Below, piece by piece: positions 19,531 through 29,581 of a DNA stretch of 58,232 bases. Positions within the stretch are counted from its first letter, which is position 1; each line of letters begins with the position of its first letter. The stretch comes from Candidatus Woesearchaeota archaeon (GTDB taxonomy: Archaea; Nanobdellota; Nanobdellia; Woesearchaeales; GW2011-AR9). Where the stretch lies: positions 1-58,232 of the forward strand of contig JABHQW010000006.1 in assembly GCA_018696595.1 (NCBI GenBank), written 5' to 3'. The position numbers and the translations under genes are program-made. The notes beneath the pieces were generated by a model that searched no databases, was not told the origin of the DNA, and was given only the letters and a program-made list of their open reading frames with translations.

Positions 19531-20493
19531 TTGGTGATAGATTTGAAAAGAACAAAAGATAAAAATATCTATGTGGTTGGCCATTTAAATCCAGACACAG
19601 ATTCTATTTGTTCCGCAATTGCTTACGCACATTTCTTAACGGAGAAACATAAAAAGAACGTCATTCCTGCTAGGGCAGGAGAATTAAATTCTGAAACTAA
19701 GTTTGTTTTAAAAAAATGGGGCTTTAAAGTTCCAATAAGATTAAGTAACGCTTCTGGTAAAAACATAATTATTGTTGACCATAATGAGATCGATCAATCA
19801 GTAAGAAATATTCGAGAAGCAAAGATCCTAGAGATTATTGACCATCATCGTATTGGAGATGTGGAAACAATCCACCCTATTCCTTTTGAAAACGAACCAA
19901 GAGGAGCAACTTGTGCAATTATTGCAGATAGGTATAGTTGGTTCAGAATTCCAATCAAAAGAAAACTTGCCGGGTTAATGCTTTCAGCAATTCTTTCAGA
20001 CACATTATTGTTAAAAAGCCCAACCACAATACCAAAAGATCGAGTTTTGGCTAAAAAACTTGCTAAGGTTGCTAAAGTTAGTTTGCAAAAATATGGCAAT
20101 GAAATGTTAGAAGCAGGTTGTGATGCCATTAAACATAGTGCGAACAAAATTATTCTAACTGATTTCAAGACTTACAGAAAAGAAAGAAGGAAGATTGGAA
20201 TTTCTCAAGCGCCAGTCATTGGCTTCAAGAAGATCATGGAAAGAAAAGAAGAACTACTTAAAGAATTATCAAGATTACAGAAAAAGAACAATTATGTGGC
20301 TATGTTTCTAATGATTACTGATATTATTGCCGGAGATAGTTACTTGTTCTTTGCTGGAAATGAAAGTAAGATTAAACCCCTTTTCAAAAAGAAAGTTGAA
20401 AGAATAGGAGATTTAAAAGGTGGAATAATATTCTTAAAGAAAGTTGTTTCTAGAAAAAAACAAGTACAACTTAAAGTTTTAGAATTATTGTAG
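19531..20493 (+). CDS. ppaC: Manganese-dependent inorganic pyrophosphatase (family II, DHH)
   Basis: GHLNPDTDS, VDHN, IDHHR, SDT, DFK, SRKKQ. Exact start uncertain (TTG or GTG). Confidence 0.95.
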   Translation: MVIDLKRTKDKNIYVVGHLNPDTDSICSAIAYAHFLTEKHKKNVIPARAGELNSETKFVLKKWGFKVPIRLSNASGKNIIIVDHNEIDQSVRNIREAKILEIIDHHRIGDVETIHPIPFENEPRGATCAIIADRYSWFRIPIKRKLAGLMLSAILSDTLLLKSPTTIPKDRVLAKKLAKVAKVSLQKYGNEMLEAGCDAIKHSANKIILTDFKTYRKERRKIGISQAPVIGFKKIMERKEELLKELSRLQKKNNYVAMFLMITDIIAGDSYLFFAGNESKIKPLFKKKVERIGDLKGGIIFLKKVVSRKKQVQLKVLELL

Positions 20494-20543
20494 TAAAAAA
20501 ATTAAGAATTAAAATAAAATCTTAAAAATAAAAACCCCACTAA

Positions 20544-23500
20544 TTATATCTTCAGACTAGTAACTTTACTAATCCCATGATCGTTCATTGAAACACCATA
20601 AAGATTATCTGCTTCTGAGATAATTGAATCATTGTGCGAAATTAAAACATACTGTGCCTTACCAGAATAATTCTTTATCAACTTAGCTAAAGTTTCAGAA
20701 TTGTGTTTATCCAATGCAGCATCAATCTCATCTAAGACATAAAATGTTGCAGGTTGATACTCTTGAATCGCAAAAATAAACGATAAAGCAGTAAGAGTTT
20801 TCTCTCCACCAGATAAAGATTTAATGTCCATAAATCTGTTACCAGTTAACTTAACCCTAATACTTAATCCATCCTCAAATGGTTTGTTAGGATTATCTAA
20901 CTGTAAGTAAGCTTTCCCTTTCTTAAACAAACTAGCGAAAATGGTCTGGAAATTTTCATTGGCTTGATTATAAGTAGTCATAAAATGTTCTTTCTTCTTA
21001 GTTTCAATTTCATTCATTAATGTTAAAACATCAGTCTTTTCTGTTGCCAAAGAATCTTTCTTCTCAACAAGATTATTATATTCTGTTTCAACTTCTTCAT
21101 AAACTTCTAACGCTTTCATGTTAACTGCCGACATTTGTGAAATCATAACTTCAAATCGATTAATTTCACGTTGCAATTCTTTTAAATCCTTATTCTTAAG
21201 AATCTCAGCATCTTTATACTTCTCAAATTCTTCCTTCAACCCAGCAAGTCTAGCTTTTACTTCTGCATTTCTTAAAGAAACTAAATTAATCTCTCTTTCA
21301 TTAGTTCTAACTTTCTCACGGAAGTTTTCCATCTCATTTTCTGCTTTCGTAACTTCTGAAGCAAGCTTTTCTCGAGTGTTAAATAATTCTTTATATTTTG
21401 AGTAAAACACTTTACTTTCTTTCTCTTTTTGAACAAGATCTTTATCTCTTTTCTGAATATTTTCAGTTAACTCTTTAATCTCTTTATTAAATTCACTTTC
21501 TTCTTTGTCATGCTGCTTAATAATTTCCTTGATTTTTTCAGTCTCAGGAGCAATTAGTTGGTCAACCTGTTCAGATTTGTTTTTAAGTTCATTCTCTAAC
21601 CGAATCAAATCCTCTTTACATGATTGTTTAGATTCTTCAAAAGCACTTAACTGCGCTAATAATCTTGGATTCCTTAATTCATTAATTTGAGATCGTAATA
21701 TTTGTTTTCCTGATTTTAAAGAAGCAAGATCACGATTAATAGAAGAAACGTTCTTTTGTATCTCAGAAAGATCACCAGTAACTTTCTTCAACCGATCAAT
21801 TAACTCTTTCTTTAAATCAGAACTAGCACTTAAATCAGAATCATCTAAATGTAATGTTCGTTCTAACTTAATAATTTCTCCTTCCATTTCTCCACGCAGA
21901 TTTCTTAATGAAGAAATTTCAGTTTCATTGGCAGACCTTTTATCTTCTAAACTTGAAACAACGTTTTGTAATTGTTGCATTTCCTCTTCTAATCTTTCTA
22001 AAGCTTCCAAAGAATCTTTTTCTTTAAAGCCCATACTTGCTCGCTTAGCCCTGAATCCACCACGCATAACCCCACTTGCTTCAGCAATGTTCCCATCAAT
22101 TGTACTCATCTTAACTCTTCCGATTCCAACTTTACGAGCCACATCAAGATCATCAACAACTAGAGTATTACCAAAAACATAAGAAAATGCTTTTTTGTAT
22201 TGCGATTTATAACTAACTAAGTTAAGAGCAAAATCATGAACCCCTGATTGAGAAGATAATTTTTTATTCTCGGTATAAATTTCCTGATAGCGGATTTTAT
22301 TTAAAGGAATAAATGAGGCAGAACCCAGTTTATTATTTCTAAGATATTTGATACAATCAGCTGCAACGTGTTCATTCTCAACAACAATGTGTTGCATTCT
22401 TCCACCGGCTGCAGTTTCTAAAGCAGTAGCAAACTTTCTTTTAACTTGTCCTAATTCAGAAATTGTTCCATGTACGCCTTTAAACTTATTTTTATTTTGA
22501 ACAATAGAACTAACCGCCTTATTACTAGATAATCCTGCTTGAATTGTTAATGTTTTAGCATTCAATTGAGCGTGCCTTTCTTGCAAATCTACCAACTTTT
22601 TTCGTGCATTAGCAATCTGAGCAGCAAAACTACTATCTTCTTCTAAGCAACGGTTCAATCTTAATGTAGATTCTTTAAAATTAGTTTTCTTTCCTTGTAA
22701 ATCTTTAATTTGATCTTTATTTTCTTTTTCAACTTCTCTAACTTTCTTAATCTTTTCATCCAAAGTTTCAAGTTGGTATTCAATTTTATCTTTTTCCCTT
22801 AACAATTCCTGTTGAGATTGACGAATCTTTTGAACTTCTTCTTGTTTCTGTTCAATAAGTTTGTCTTTACTATCTAAATCTTGTTCAATCTCTGTTGAAG
22901 ATTCAATTTTGTGTTTCTTTTTGAAAGCAGCAATACTTTTTTCTAAATCTTCTTTTTCCTTATTCTTAAGTCGGATTTCTTTCTGTAAATCTTTTTGCCT
23001 TTCTGAAGAAGAAGAAGATTTTTCTTGTAAATCTTTTAATTCTTGACCAAATTGATCTTTTCTTTGTTGAATTTTATTAATTTCATCTTTAAGAGCAGAA
23101 ACTCGAGCTTTATCTTTTGCTAGTGTAACTTTAAGATCTTCAATTTGGCGATGAATTTTTAATTGATCTTTTTCTCCTTTTTGTTCAATCTCTTTATTCA
23201 AATCACTAATTTTATTTTTGTTGCCACGAATTGTGTTCAGCAAATCTTCGATCTTCTTTTCAGCAGAACCAATTTTCCCTTGATTATTCTCTGTTTCTTT
23301 GTCATATTTAGTTTTTATTGCTTCTTTTTCTTGAATTTGTAAATGTAAATTTGTTGCTTTATAAGAATCAATTTGATCTTTCAATTCTTTAAATTTAAGT
23401 GCTTGATCACGATCTTTTTTCAGTTCTCTAAGATAAGTCTTTCTTTCTTTTAAAATAATTTCAGCATTGTTTAGTTTGTCATCAACCTTGTTTAATTCTA

Positions 23501-24038
23501 AGTTTGCTTTGTGTTTCTTTTCTTCATAAATCGAAACATCACTAATCTCTTCAATAACTTTTCTTCTTTCAACTGGAGACATATCTACAAAGTGCGTAAT
23601 TGATCCCTGTAAGATAATATTATATCCATCAGGATTAATTTTAGCAGAAGATAATAAATCAACAACTTCCGAACGGGTATGTTTTTTATTGTTTATTCTA
23701 TATGTACTGCCGCCTTTCTTATTAATAGTTCTATTAACGATAATTTCCTTATCTTCGTGAGGGAATACTTTATTTTGATTACAAAAAGCGATTTCTACGT
23801 ACGCTTTAGTAGCGGGAGTTTTTTTCTTGCCACCATTAAAAATTAAGTTAGCTGCTTTTTCTGCCCGCATAGATTTTGCAGAAATTCTTCCTAGAACGAA
23901 ACAGATTGCGTCCCCAACATTACTCTTCCCAGAACCATTCGGCCCAAGAATACAATTGAATTTATTGTCAAGAGGGATATCTGTTTTGTGAGCAAAACTC
24001 TTAAAACCGTGAATTGTAATTCTATTTATCTTAGTCAT
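20544..24038 (-). CDS. smc: Chromosome segregation protein SMC
   Basis: Walker A GPNGSGKS, hinge GRVKMSTIDG...GGF, signature LSGGEK, Walker B LDEID, long coiled coils. Confidence 0.98.
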   Translation of the reverse strand: MTKINRITIHGFKSFAHKTDIPLDNKFNCILGPNGSGKSNVGDAICFVLGRISAKSMRAEKAANLIFNGGKKKTPATKAYVEIAFCNQNKVFPHEDKEIIVNRTINKKGGSTYRINNKKHTRSEVVDLLSSAKINPDGYNIILQGSITHFVDMSPVERRKVIEEISDVSIYEEKKHKANLELNKVDDKLNNAEIILKERKTYLRELKKDRDQALKFKELKDQIDSYKATNLHLQIQEKEAIKTKYDKETENNQGKIGSAEKKIEDLLNTIRGNKNKISDLNKEIEQKGEKDQLKIHRQIEDLKVTLAKDKARVSALKDEINKIQQRKDQFGQELKDLQEKSSSSSERQKDLQKEIRLKNKEKEDLEKSIAAFKKKHKIESSTEIEQDLDSKDKLIEQKQEEVQKIRQSQQELLREKDKIEYQLETLDEKIKKVREVEKENKDQIKDLQGKKTNFKESTLRLNRCLEEDSSFAAQIANARKKLVDLQERHAQLNAKTLTIQAGLSSNKAVSSIVQNKNKFKGVHGTISELGQVKRKFATALETAAGGRMQHIVVENEHVAADCIKYLRNNKLGSASFIPLNKIRYQEIYTENKKLSSQSGVHDFALNLVSYKSQYKKAFSYVFGNTLVVDDLDVARKVGIGRVKMSTIDGNIAEASGVMRGGFRAKRASMGFKEKDSLEALERLEEEMQQLQNVVSSLEDKRSANETEISSLRNLRGEMEGEIIKLERTLHLDDSDLSASSDLKKELIDRLKKVTGDLSEIQKNVSSINRDLASLKSGKQILRSQINELRNPRLLAQLSAFEESKQSCKEDLIRLENELKNKSEQVDQLIAPETEKIKEIIKQHDKEESEFNKEIKELTENIQKRDKDLVQKEKESKVFYSKYKELFNTREKLASEVTKAENEMENFREKVRTNEREINLVSLRNAEVKARLAGLKEEFEKYKDAEILKNKDLKELQREINRFEVMISQMSAVNMKALEVYEEVETEYNNLVEKKDSLATEKTDVLTLMNEIETKKKEHFMTTYNQANENFQTIFASLFKKGKAYLQLDNPNKPFEDGLSIRVKLTGNRFMDIKSLSGGEKTLTALSFIFAIQEYQPATFYVLDEIDAALDKHNSETLAKLIKNYSGKAQYVLISHNDSIISEADNLYGVSMNDHGISKVTSLKI

Positions 24039-24167
24039 AATGAACCATCCTCTTTCTTCTTAATAACGTTTTATTTTTGATTTATAAATGTTACTATTCT
24101 GGGTTCATAAGTTACAGCTATAGTAGAATTATTTAATGCTATAAGAATCTAAAATAAAAATAAGAAT

Positions 24168-24887
24168 TTAACTAAACAATTCTCTTAACCAAACAAAGAA
24201 CCCTTCATCATCTTCTCCAACTTCTTCAACAACAGGTAAAGGAGCTGGTTCCTGAACTTCTGGTTCAACTGGTTCTTCAACTACTTCTTCTACAATTGGT
24301 TTTTTAATCACTTCACCAACAATCGCTTTCTGTTCCGCTTTTCCAATTACGAATTCACCCATATCTTGAGAGATTGCAGTAAAGTAAATATAATTCCCTT
24401 CTTTTTTCTGAAATTCAGTTTCTAAAGGTTCACCATTAAGGAAAAGTTTCAAGGTAGAAGTTTTCAGGCCTAATTCTAACATTTTACTTTCTTCTAATTT
24501 CAAATCAAAGACAATATCGCCAATCTTTTCTTCATCTACAGAAGTCATATGAAATTGAGAATATTTTACTCCGTCAAATTCCCAACCGAGAACTTCAAGT
24601 TCCTCAGTAGTAATTTTAGAATTTTTAATTCCTTCAACAAAATAAACAGTTGCGTATTGAACACCTGCTTCGTCAACTTCAAAGAAAAGTTCAGTACCCT
24701 CTTGCATATAAGCAATAGTCATAATTGCATTTCCAGATAGGTTACTTTCAGAATTGTAATTTAGAAATCCCACAATTGGTAAAACTACTACTAATGCAAT
24801 GAAAAACCAAAAAAATTGATGTTCGTGATGACTCCCCATTTTAGTATGGTGTGATTTACTTTTTTTTACTATCCTCTTTTTTGCCAT
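24168..24887 (-). CDS. Membrane-anchored protein with a PGF-pre-PGF-like domain
   Basis: N-terminal TM; LETEF...YIYFTAISQDMGEFVIG resembles a degenerate PGF-pre-PGF end; acidic Pro/Glu linker. Confidence 0.7.
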   Translation of the reverse strand: MAKKRIVKKSKSHHTKMGSHHEHQFFWFFIALVVVLPIVGFLNYNSESNLSGNAIMTIAYMQEGTELFFEVDEAGVQYATVYFVEGIKNSKITTEELEVLGWEFDGVKYSQFHMTSVDEEKIGDIVFDLKLEESKMLELGLKTSTLKLFLNGEPLETEFQKKEGNYIYFTAISQDMGEFVIGKAEQKAIVGEVIKKPIVEEVVEEPVEPEVQEPAPLPVVEEVGEDDEGFFVWLRELFS

Positions 24888-24951
24888 TATGCCTATAAGT
24901 AATTTGTATGAGTATATAAATTTAACTTTAAAAGAAAGTTAAGAAAAGATG

Positions 24952-25076
24952 TGGGGCTGCGGGGATTTGAACCCCGAACACCTAGATTTCAATTACGACA
25001 TAATCATATCTTCAGTCTAGTGCTCTCTTTTCCTTGCCCTTTAAGAAAAAGACAATCCAGATTGAGCTACAGCCCC
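24952..25076 (-). tRNA. tRNA-Phe(GAA) with two introns (D-loop 25028-25056; anticodon 37/38 24988-25009), no encoded CCA
   Basis: Spliced: GGGGCTG TA GCTC AATCTGG|GA GAGC A CTAGA CTGAAG|A TCTAG GTGTT CGGGG TTCAAAT CCCCG CAGCCCC A. TATA at 25103-25110. Confidence 0.9.
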
Positions 25077-25205
25077 AAGTAACAATCAAAATCCAGCCAC
25101 TATTTATAAATGTTTTTACGAACAAAGTGAGAAAAAACGTCTAAAAATCCGATGATTTTTAAGAATGTTTTTGGTTTTAAGAATTCAGATTCTAACTTTA
25201 TTCAT

Positions 25206-27413
25206 TCATACACCTAAACTATTCTTCATGATTGCCATTGCAAAGACGTTAAACAGTAACATCACAGTTCCCGCTAAAAAGCAAAATAACAGAGTAGAAT
25301 TAATAAGATTCTTCCCTAAAGAATATCTTTCTCCAAGTTTATCTGCACCATTTTCAATCCCATTACTAAGCACGGTTAGAATATAAGCAATTTGAACGAT
25401 GTAAAGACCGACAATAATTTGAAAATGAAATGTAGGAATACCAATACCAAAGATTTCCATCATATCTCCCCAACCACCAACAGATTCACCAGTAGATGCA
25501 AATGAAGTTAACTTTGCACTTAACTGAGTCAGTATAGTCGAAATCATTGAGGTGATTCCAATAACAACTCCAGAAATTGCTGGTGTTAGAAACTTAACTT
25601 GTGCTTTCATTGAAGAAATAACATCTGCCATCAAATCTTTTAATCTTTCTTCAACTCGGTGAATCTCTTTAATATAACGAGACATTGATAATAAAGCCTG
25701 AGCAGCAATTCTTGGCCCTTTCTTAATACTCTCCAGAAGAACTTTCATTGAACTCTCAATAACTTTGGAAGGAAAAGTAACAACAGCACCAACTTTTTGA
25801 TCAAACAATGATTCTTCCAATCCTACCCCTAATTTAGTCATATTTCTTTCTGCTAAACTAAAAAATTCTCCAGAAGTTGTACCTTGCATATTCTCAGCAA
25901 CTTTAGCAAAAGCAATCTCTGCAGGAATCCCATCACCTAAACGGTTACCTAACTGAAACAAAGCAGAAGAAAATTCATCTTCTAATTGTTTTGTTTTTTC
26001 TCGAACTTTAATTACGTTCTTAGAGCGTAAAGCAAAAAACAATCCAACAGAAACACCAATCCCCGCAGTAACAACTAAAGATAATAACGAAGAACCAATC
26101 CCATAAGGTCCCACCCTTTCAGCATGTTCACAACCAGGAATCCCAGGAGGACAAATATAATCTAAAAATTTATATTTCCCAGCAGCATCTTGAATTTCAA
26201 AATCGGGACTTAAATTGTGTAAAATAATTGGGCTAAAACCAATCAATAACATCACTACAAAAATCATCACACAAAAATAAAAAGGATTAACACTAATTAC
26301 TAACTTTTTTCCAAGAGGGATATTAACATTTCTTAATTTCTTAAATCCTTTCTGTTCACTAATATCAACAGCACCATAACCCGCGGGGCGTTTAGATAAA
26401 ATAGTTTTTCCAAGATAAAAAACACCGATAGGTAAGCTGACATTGTAAAGCATAGAAATATAAACGGCAGTTTTTATTGTGCTTGTCCCATCACCACTCA
26501 TAAAACTAACAACTAAAGGCAAGATAACTAGCCCCAAAATTGGCAAGATAATACCCAACATGTGCAACATAGTCATTGGAGATTTTAAATTATGAGCATA
26601 ATGTAACATGTTTTCGTAAGTTCCGTTTAGAATAACATCTAAAGATTTGTCTAACAATGCCAATCTACGATCTTCAGAAGTTTCAAATAATGAAGATTCA
26701 ATCAAATGGAATGCTTCCACAAATTCTTTATTCCATTCTTTCCAAGTCTCAAGATAAGAGTCAGCAGATTCTCTAATGTTACTATACTTCTGAGTTTCAA
26801 CATCCCATAATATTTTCCTAAAATCTAAAGACAACGGAGGAGATAAATGATCTGCTGCGAATTCGATCGCTCTCTCTAAATTAGAAGTGTGACGCATGTA
26901 AGTAACAACATAAAATATGGATTGGACCATCTGATTAGATGCCTTCATTCGCCAAGTGTTAGCCATAAAACCAGGAAATTTCTGTAAAGCAGGAATTAAT
27001 AATCCCCCTAGAACCAAAAAAAAGAACACAAAGAAAAAGCTAGGTTGACCAACAGTCCCCATAAGTGTTATACCTAAAAGATAACCAAAAAAGCTCCCAA
27101 ACAATATTACTGCAATTGGTAAAAGTATTGCTAATGATTGTACACCAGAAGGTGTAACATTCAGATGACAAACATCTAAATCTTTTTGAATAATTGGTGC
27201 TTTCTTTTTATCTGCAGTAAGTTTAAGTAATTTTTCTGAAAAGTTACAAGCTTTTTCATATAATGAGTAACGAGTTGGATAAAGTTCTCTTTTAAATTCA
27301 GAATATTCTTTAGTAGTGAACTGAGTTGCGGGCTTACTAGCTCCTTCGCCAAATTCCTTTTTTACTTTAGCCTTATATTTTTCTAAAAGCTGTTGATAAT
27401 CTTCTTCCTTCAT
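25206..27413 (-). CDS. Type II secretion system F / TadC / ArlJ-like membrane platform protein (type IV pilus family)
   Basis: Two T2SSF-like halves (YMRHTSNLERAIEF...PLSLDF; ALFQLGNRLGDGIPAEIA), multiple TMs. Confidence 0.85.
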   Translation of the reverse strand: MKEEDYQQLLEKYKAKVKKEFGEGASKPATQFTTKEYSEFKRELYPTRYSLYEKACNFSEKLLKLTADKKKAPIIQKDLDVCHLNVTPSGVQSLAILLPIAVILFGSFFGYLLGITLMGTVGQPSFFFVFFFLVLGGLLIPALQKFPGFMANTWRMKASNQMVQSIFYVVTYMRHTSNLERAIEFAADHLSPPLSLDFRKILWDVETQKYSNIRESADSYLETWKEWNKEFVEAFHLIESSLFETSEDRRLALLDKSLDVILNGTYENMLHYAHNLKSPMTMLHMLGIILPILGLVILPLVVSFMSGDGTSTIKTAVYISMLYNVSLPIGVFYLGKTILSKRPAGYGAVDISEQKGFKKLRNVNIPLGKKLVISVNPFYFCVMIFVVMLLIGFSPIILHNLSPDFEIQDAAGKYKFLDYICPPGIPGCEHAERVGPYGIGSSLLSLVVTAGIGVSVGLFFALRSKNVIKVREKTKQLEDEFSSALFQLGNRLGDGIPAEIAFAKVAENMQGTTSGEFFSLAERNMTKLGVGLEESLFDQKVGAVVTFPSKVIESSMKVLLESIKKGPRIAAQALLSMSRYIKEIHRVEERLKDLMADVISSMKAQVKFLTPAISGVVIGITSMISTILTQLSAKLTSFASTGESVGGWGDMMEIFGIGIPTFHFQIIVGLYIVQIAYILTVLSNGIENGADKLGERYSLGKNLINSTLLFCFLAGTVMLLFNVFAMAIMKNSLGV

Positions 27414-27474
27414 CTTCCCTCTTTTTAATAGGGGTTATTTTATCTGTTTAAAAATATTACTAAGAAAGAAACAT

Positions 27475-27966
27475 TCATTCTAAATTAAATGAATAAACAT
27501 TTTCATCGGGATTTACAGGAATGTTGATTAAAGCCAAGTATGTGTCAGTGAATTTTTCTTTAATATTTTCTTTATCATCATCAAAATCATCATCAAAATT
27601 CTGTTCTTCTTCATAAGCTAAAAAATTTAATGATGAAACAAAATATCCTTTCATTTTAGCTGTTAAACGATGAACTTCAGGAAAAGATGTAATTCCAGTT
27701 ACTTTCGTTCCTTTAACACCAATTGTTTGATTCAATCTTCTAAAAATGGTTCCCCCATCAAGATGATAACTATTTTGATAATAACAATTAACCTTACCAT
27801 GACCATCATAAACTAAGATTGCACCCAAAAAACCATCAAGTCCCAAATTCTGGTTTAATTCTTCACTTAAAGGCATAAAAGCTTCTTTCAATTCTTTAAT
27901 TGTTGCTAGCCTTGTTCGAACCATAACTTTTTTTACAATTTTTTCTAAAGGAACAAGATCTGCCAT
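27475..27966 (-). CDS. Hypothetical protein
   Basis: 163-aa ORF with acidic patch; no family recognised. Confidence 0.7.
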   Translation of the reverse strand: MADLVPLEKIVKKVMVRTRLATIKELKEAFMPLSEELNQNLGLDGFLGAILVYDGHGKVNCYYQNSYHLDGGTIFRRLNQTIGVKGTKVTGITSFPEVHRLTAKMKGYFVSSLNFLAYEEEQNFDDDFDDDKENIKEKFTDTYLALINIPVNPDENVYSFNLE

Positions 27967-28019
27967 TTACTAGTTTTAATGCGAAGATTTTTAAAAATGT
28001 TATGTAATAAAACAAAAGT

Positions 28020-29153
28020 ATGTTTTCATTCACCATAAACAAGAAACTTGGACAAGCAAGAACAGGAATAATTAAAACAGCTCATGGAGATATTAGAACT
28101 CCTGCGTTCATCCCAGTAGCTACTAAAGCAACGGTTAAATCATTAACTCCAAAACAGCTTAATGAAATTGGTTTTGATGCAATTCTTTCAAATACTTATC
28201 ATCTTTACTTGCAACCAGGAGCAGATGTTGTTGAGAAACTTGGTGGTTTGCAAAAAGTTTCTGCTTGGCATAAACCAATGTTTACAGATTCCGGTGGATT
28301 TCAAGTTATGAGTTTAAATGAAAGTTTGTGTAAAGTTGATGATGAAGGAGTAGACTTTCGATCTTGTATTGACGATTCTAAACACAGATTTACTCCAGAA
28401 AAATCTATGCAAATCCAAAGAAAATTAGGTGCAGATTTAATTTTCTCATTTGACCAATGTTTAGATATTAATGCTGATTATGAGACTACAAAAGAATCTC
28501 TTGCTAGAACTCATGCATGGGAAGAAAGAAGTCTTGTTGAATTTAAGAAATTGAACATTGACAACAAGCAAGCACTTTATGGTATCGTACAAGGCGGAAG
28601 ATTTAAAGATCTCCGTGAAGAGAGTGCCAAGTTCATTGCTTCACTTGATTTCGATGCTTTATCTATTGGCAGTATCTTTGGTGATCCTAAAGAAGAAAGT
28701 TTTGCTTTAGTTAAACATGCAATGAAATTCCTTCCAGAAGAAAAAACCAAACATCTTCTGGGAATTGGAACCGTTGAAGATATTTTTAATTACGTTTCTT
28801 TAGGATTAGACACTTTTGATTGTGTCCTAGCTACTAGATTAGCTAGACAAGGGAGTATCTTCTTGCGACCAGAATCTGGAGGAAATGAAGAAAATAAGTT
28901 CCGTTACAGAATAACAAACGTTAAATTCAAAGAAAGTTTAGAACCCCTTGATAATAATTGTGAGTGTTATGTTTGTAAAAACTTTTCTCAAGGTTATATT
29001 AATCATTTATTCAAAGCAAAAGAAATATTATCAAATACTTTAGCAACTTATCACAATCTTTATTTCTTTAAGAAAATGATGGATGAGATCCGAGAAAGTA
29101 TTGAAGATGGAGGCTTTGTTGAATTGAAAAAAAAGTGGTTGGAAAGAAACTGA
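28020..29153 (+). CDS. tgt: tRNA-guanine transglycosylase, bacterial (G34) type
   Basis: NTYHL, TDSGGFQ, FDQC, GIVQGG, FDCV, CxCxxC...H zinc site; 377 aa, no PUA domain. Confidence 0.93.
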   Translation: MFSFTINKKLGQARTGIIKTAHGDIRTPAFIPVATKATVKSLTPKQLNEIGFDAILSNTYHLYLQPGADVVEKLGGLQKVSAWHKPMFTDSGGFQVMSLNESLCKVDDEGVDFRSCIDDSKHRFTPEKSMQIQRKLGADLIFSFDQCLDINADYETTKESLARTHAWEERSLVEFKKLNIDNKQALYGIVQGGRFKDLREESAKFIASLDFDALSIGSIFGDPKEESFALVKHAMKFLPEEKTKHLLGIGTVEDIFNYVSLGLDTFDCVLATRLARQGSIFLRPESGGNEENKFRYRITNVKFKESLEPLDNNCECYVCKNFSQGYINHLFKAKEILSNTLATYHNLYFFKKMMDEIRESIEDGGFVELKKKWLERN

Positions 29154-29155
29154 TT

Positions 29156-29575
29156 TTAATAAGAACCTATATTTTCAAATCCTTCAAGAATTGCTCTCTT
29201 TTCGTTAGGGTCAATTTTGTATTGATCTAATTCATTCTTGTCAACCCAAACATATTTACTATGTTCTGAACTTAAAGAAATTGAAATTGGATCTTCTTGA
29301 GCTTTTACAAAAAACGAATATTCTGTATATTGTGTTTCATCAATAGGATGGGTGTACTCAAAATATTGAGAACCAACAATTATTGAAAGACCTGTTTCTT
29401 CTAAGAATTCTCTTATTATTGCTGTTTCTAAATCTTCATCTACTTCTTGGTGTCCACCTGGTCGTTCATAAAAATCAGGTAAAAAAGTTTTGGAACTTAC
29501 CCTTCGTAACAAAAGAACTTTGTCCTGATGGTACAAAAACCCAGCAACAAGAGTTTTCTGAGTTAATTTATCCAT
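29156..29575 (-). CDS. NUDIX hydrolase
   Basis: Nudix box GGHQEVDEDLETAIIREFLEETGL. Confidence 0.92.
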   Translation of the reverse strand: MDKLTQKTLVAGFLYHQDKVLLLRRVSSKTFLPDFYERPGGHQEVDEDLETAIIREFLEETGLSIIVGSQYFEYTHPIDETQYTEYSFFVKAQEDPISISLSSEHSKYVWVDKNELDQYKIDPNEKRAILEGFENIGSY

Positions 29576-29581
29576 CTTTAA

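Noticed and set aside
5478-24740. Many short antisense or off-frame ORFs inside the surface genes, smc and others
   Set aside because: Fully nested in well-supported genes with no recognisable motifs; expected in stop-poor antisense frames.
24988-25013. Alternative splice registers giving Ser(UGA) or Ser(GGA)
   Set aside because: Body has a short variable loop and a Phe-like D-loop; those registers give worse BHB pairing.
29156-29575. NUDIX gene as part of a queuosine salvage unit with tgt
   Set aside because: Convergent to tgt and apparently co-transcribed with thrS; generic Nudix box only.
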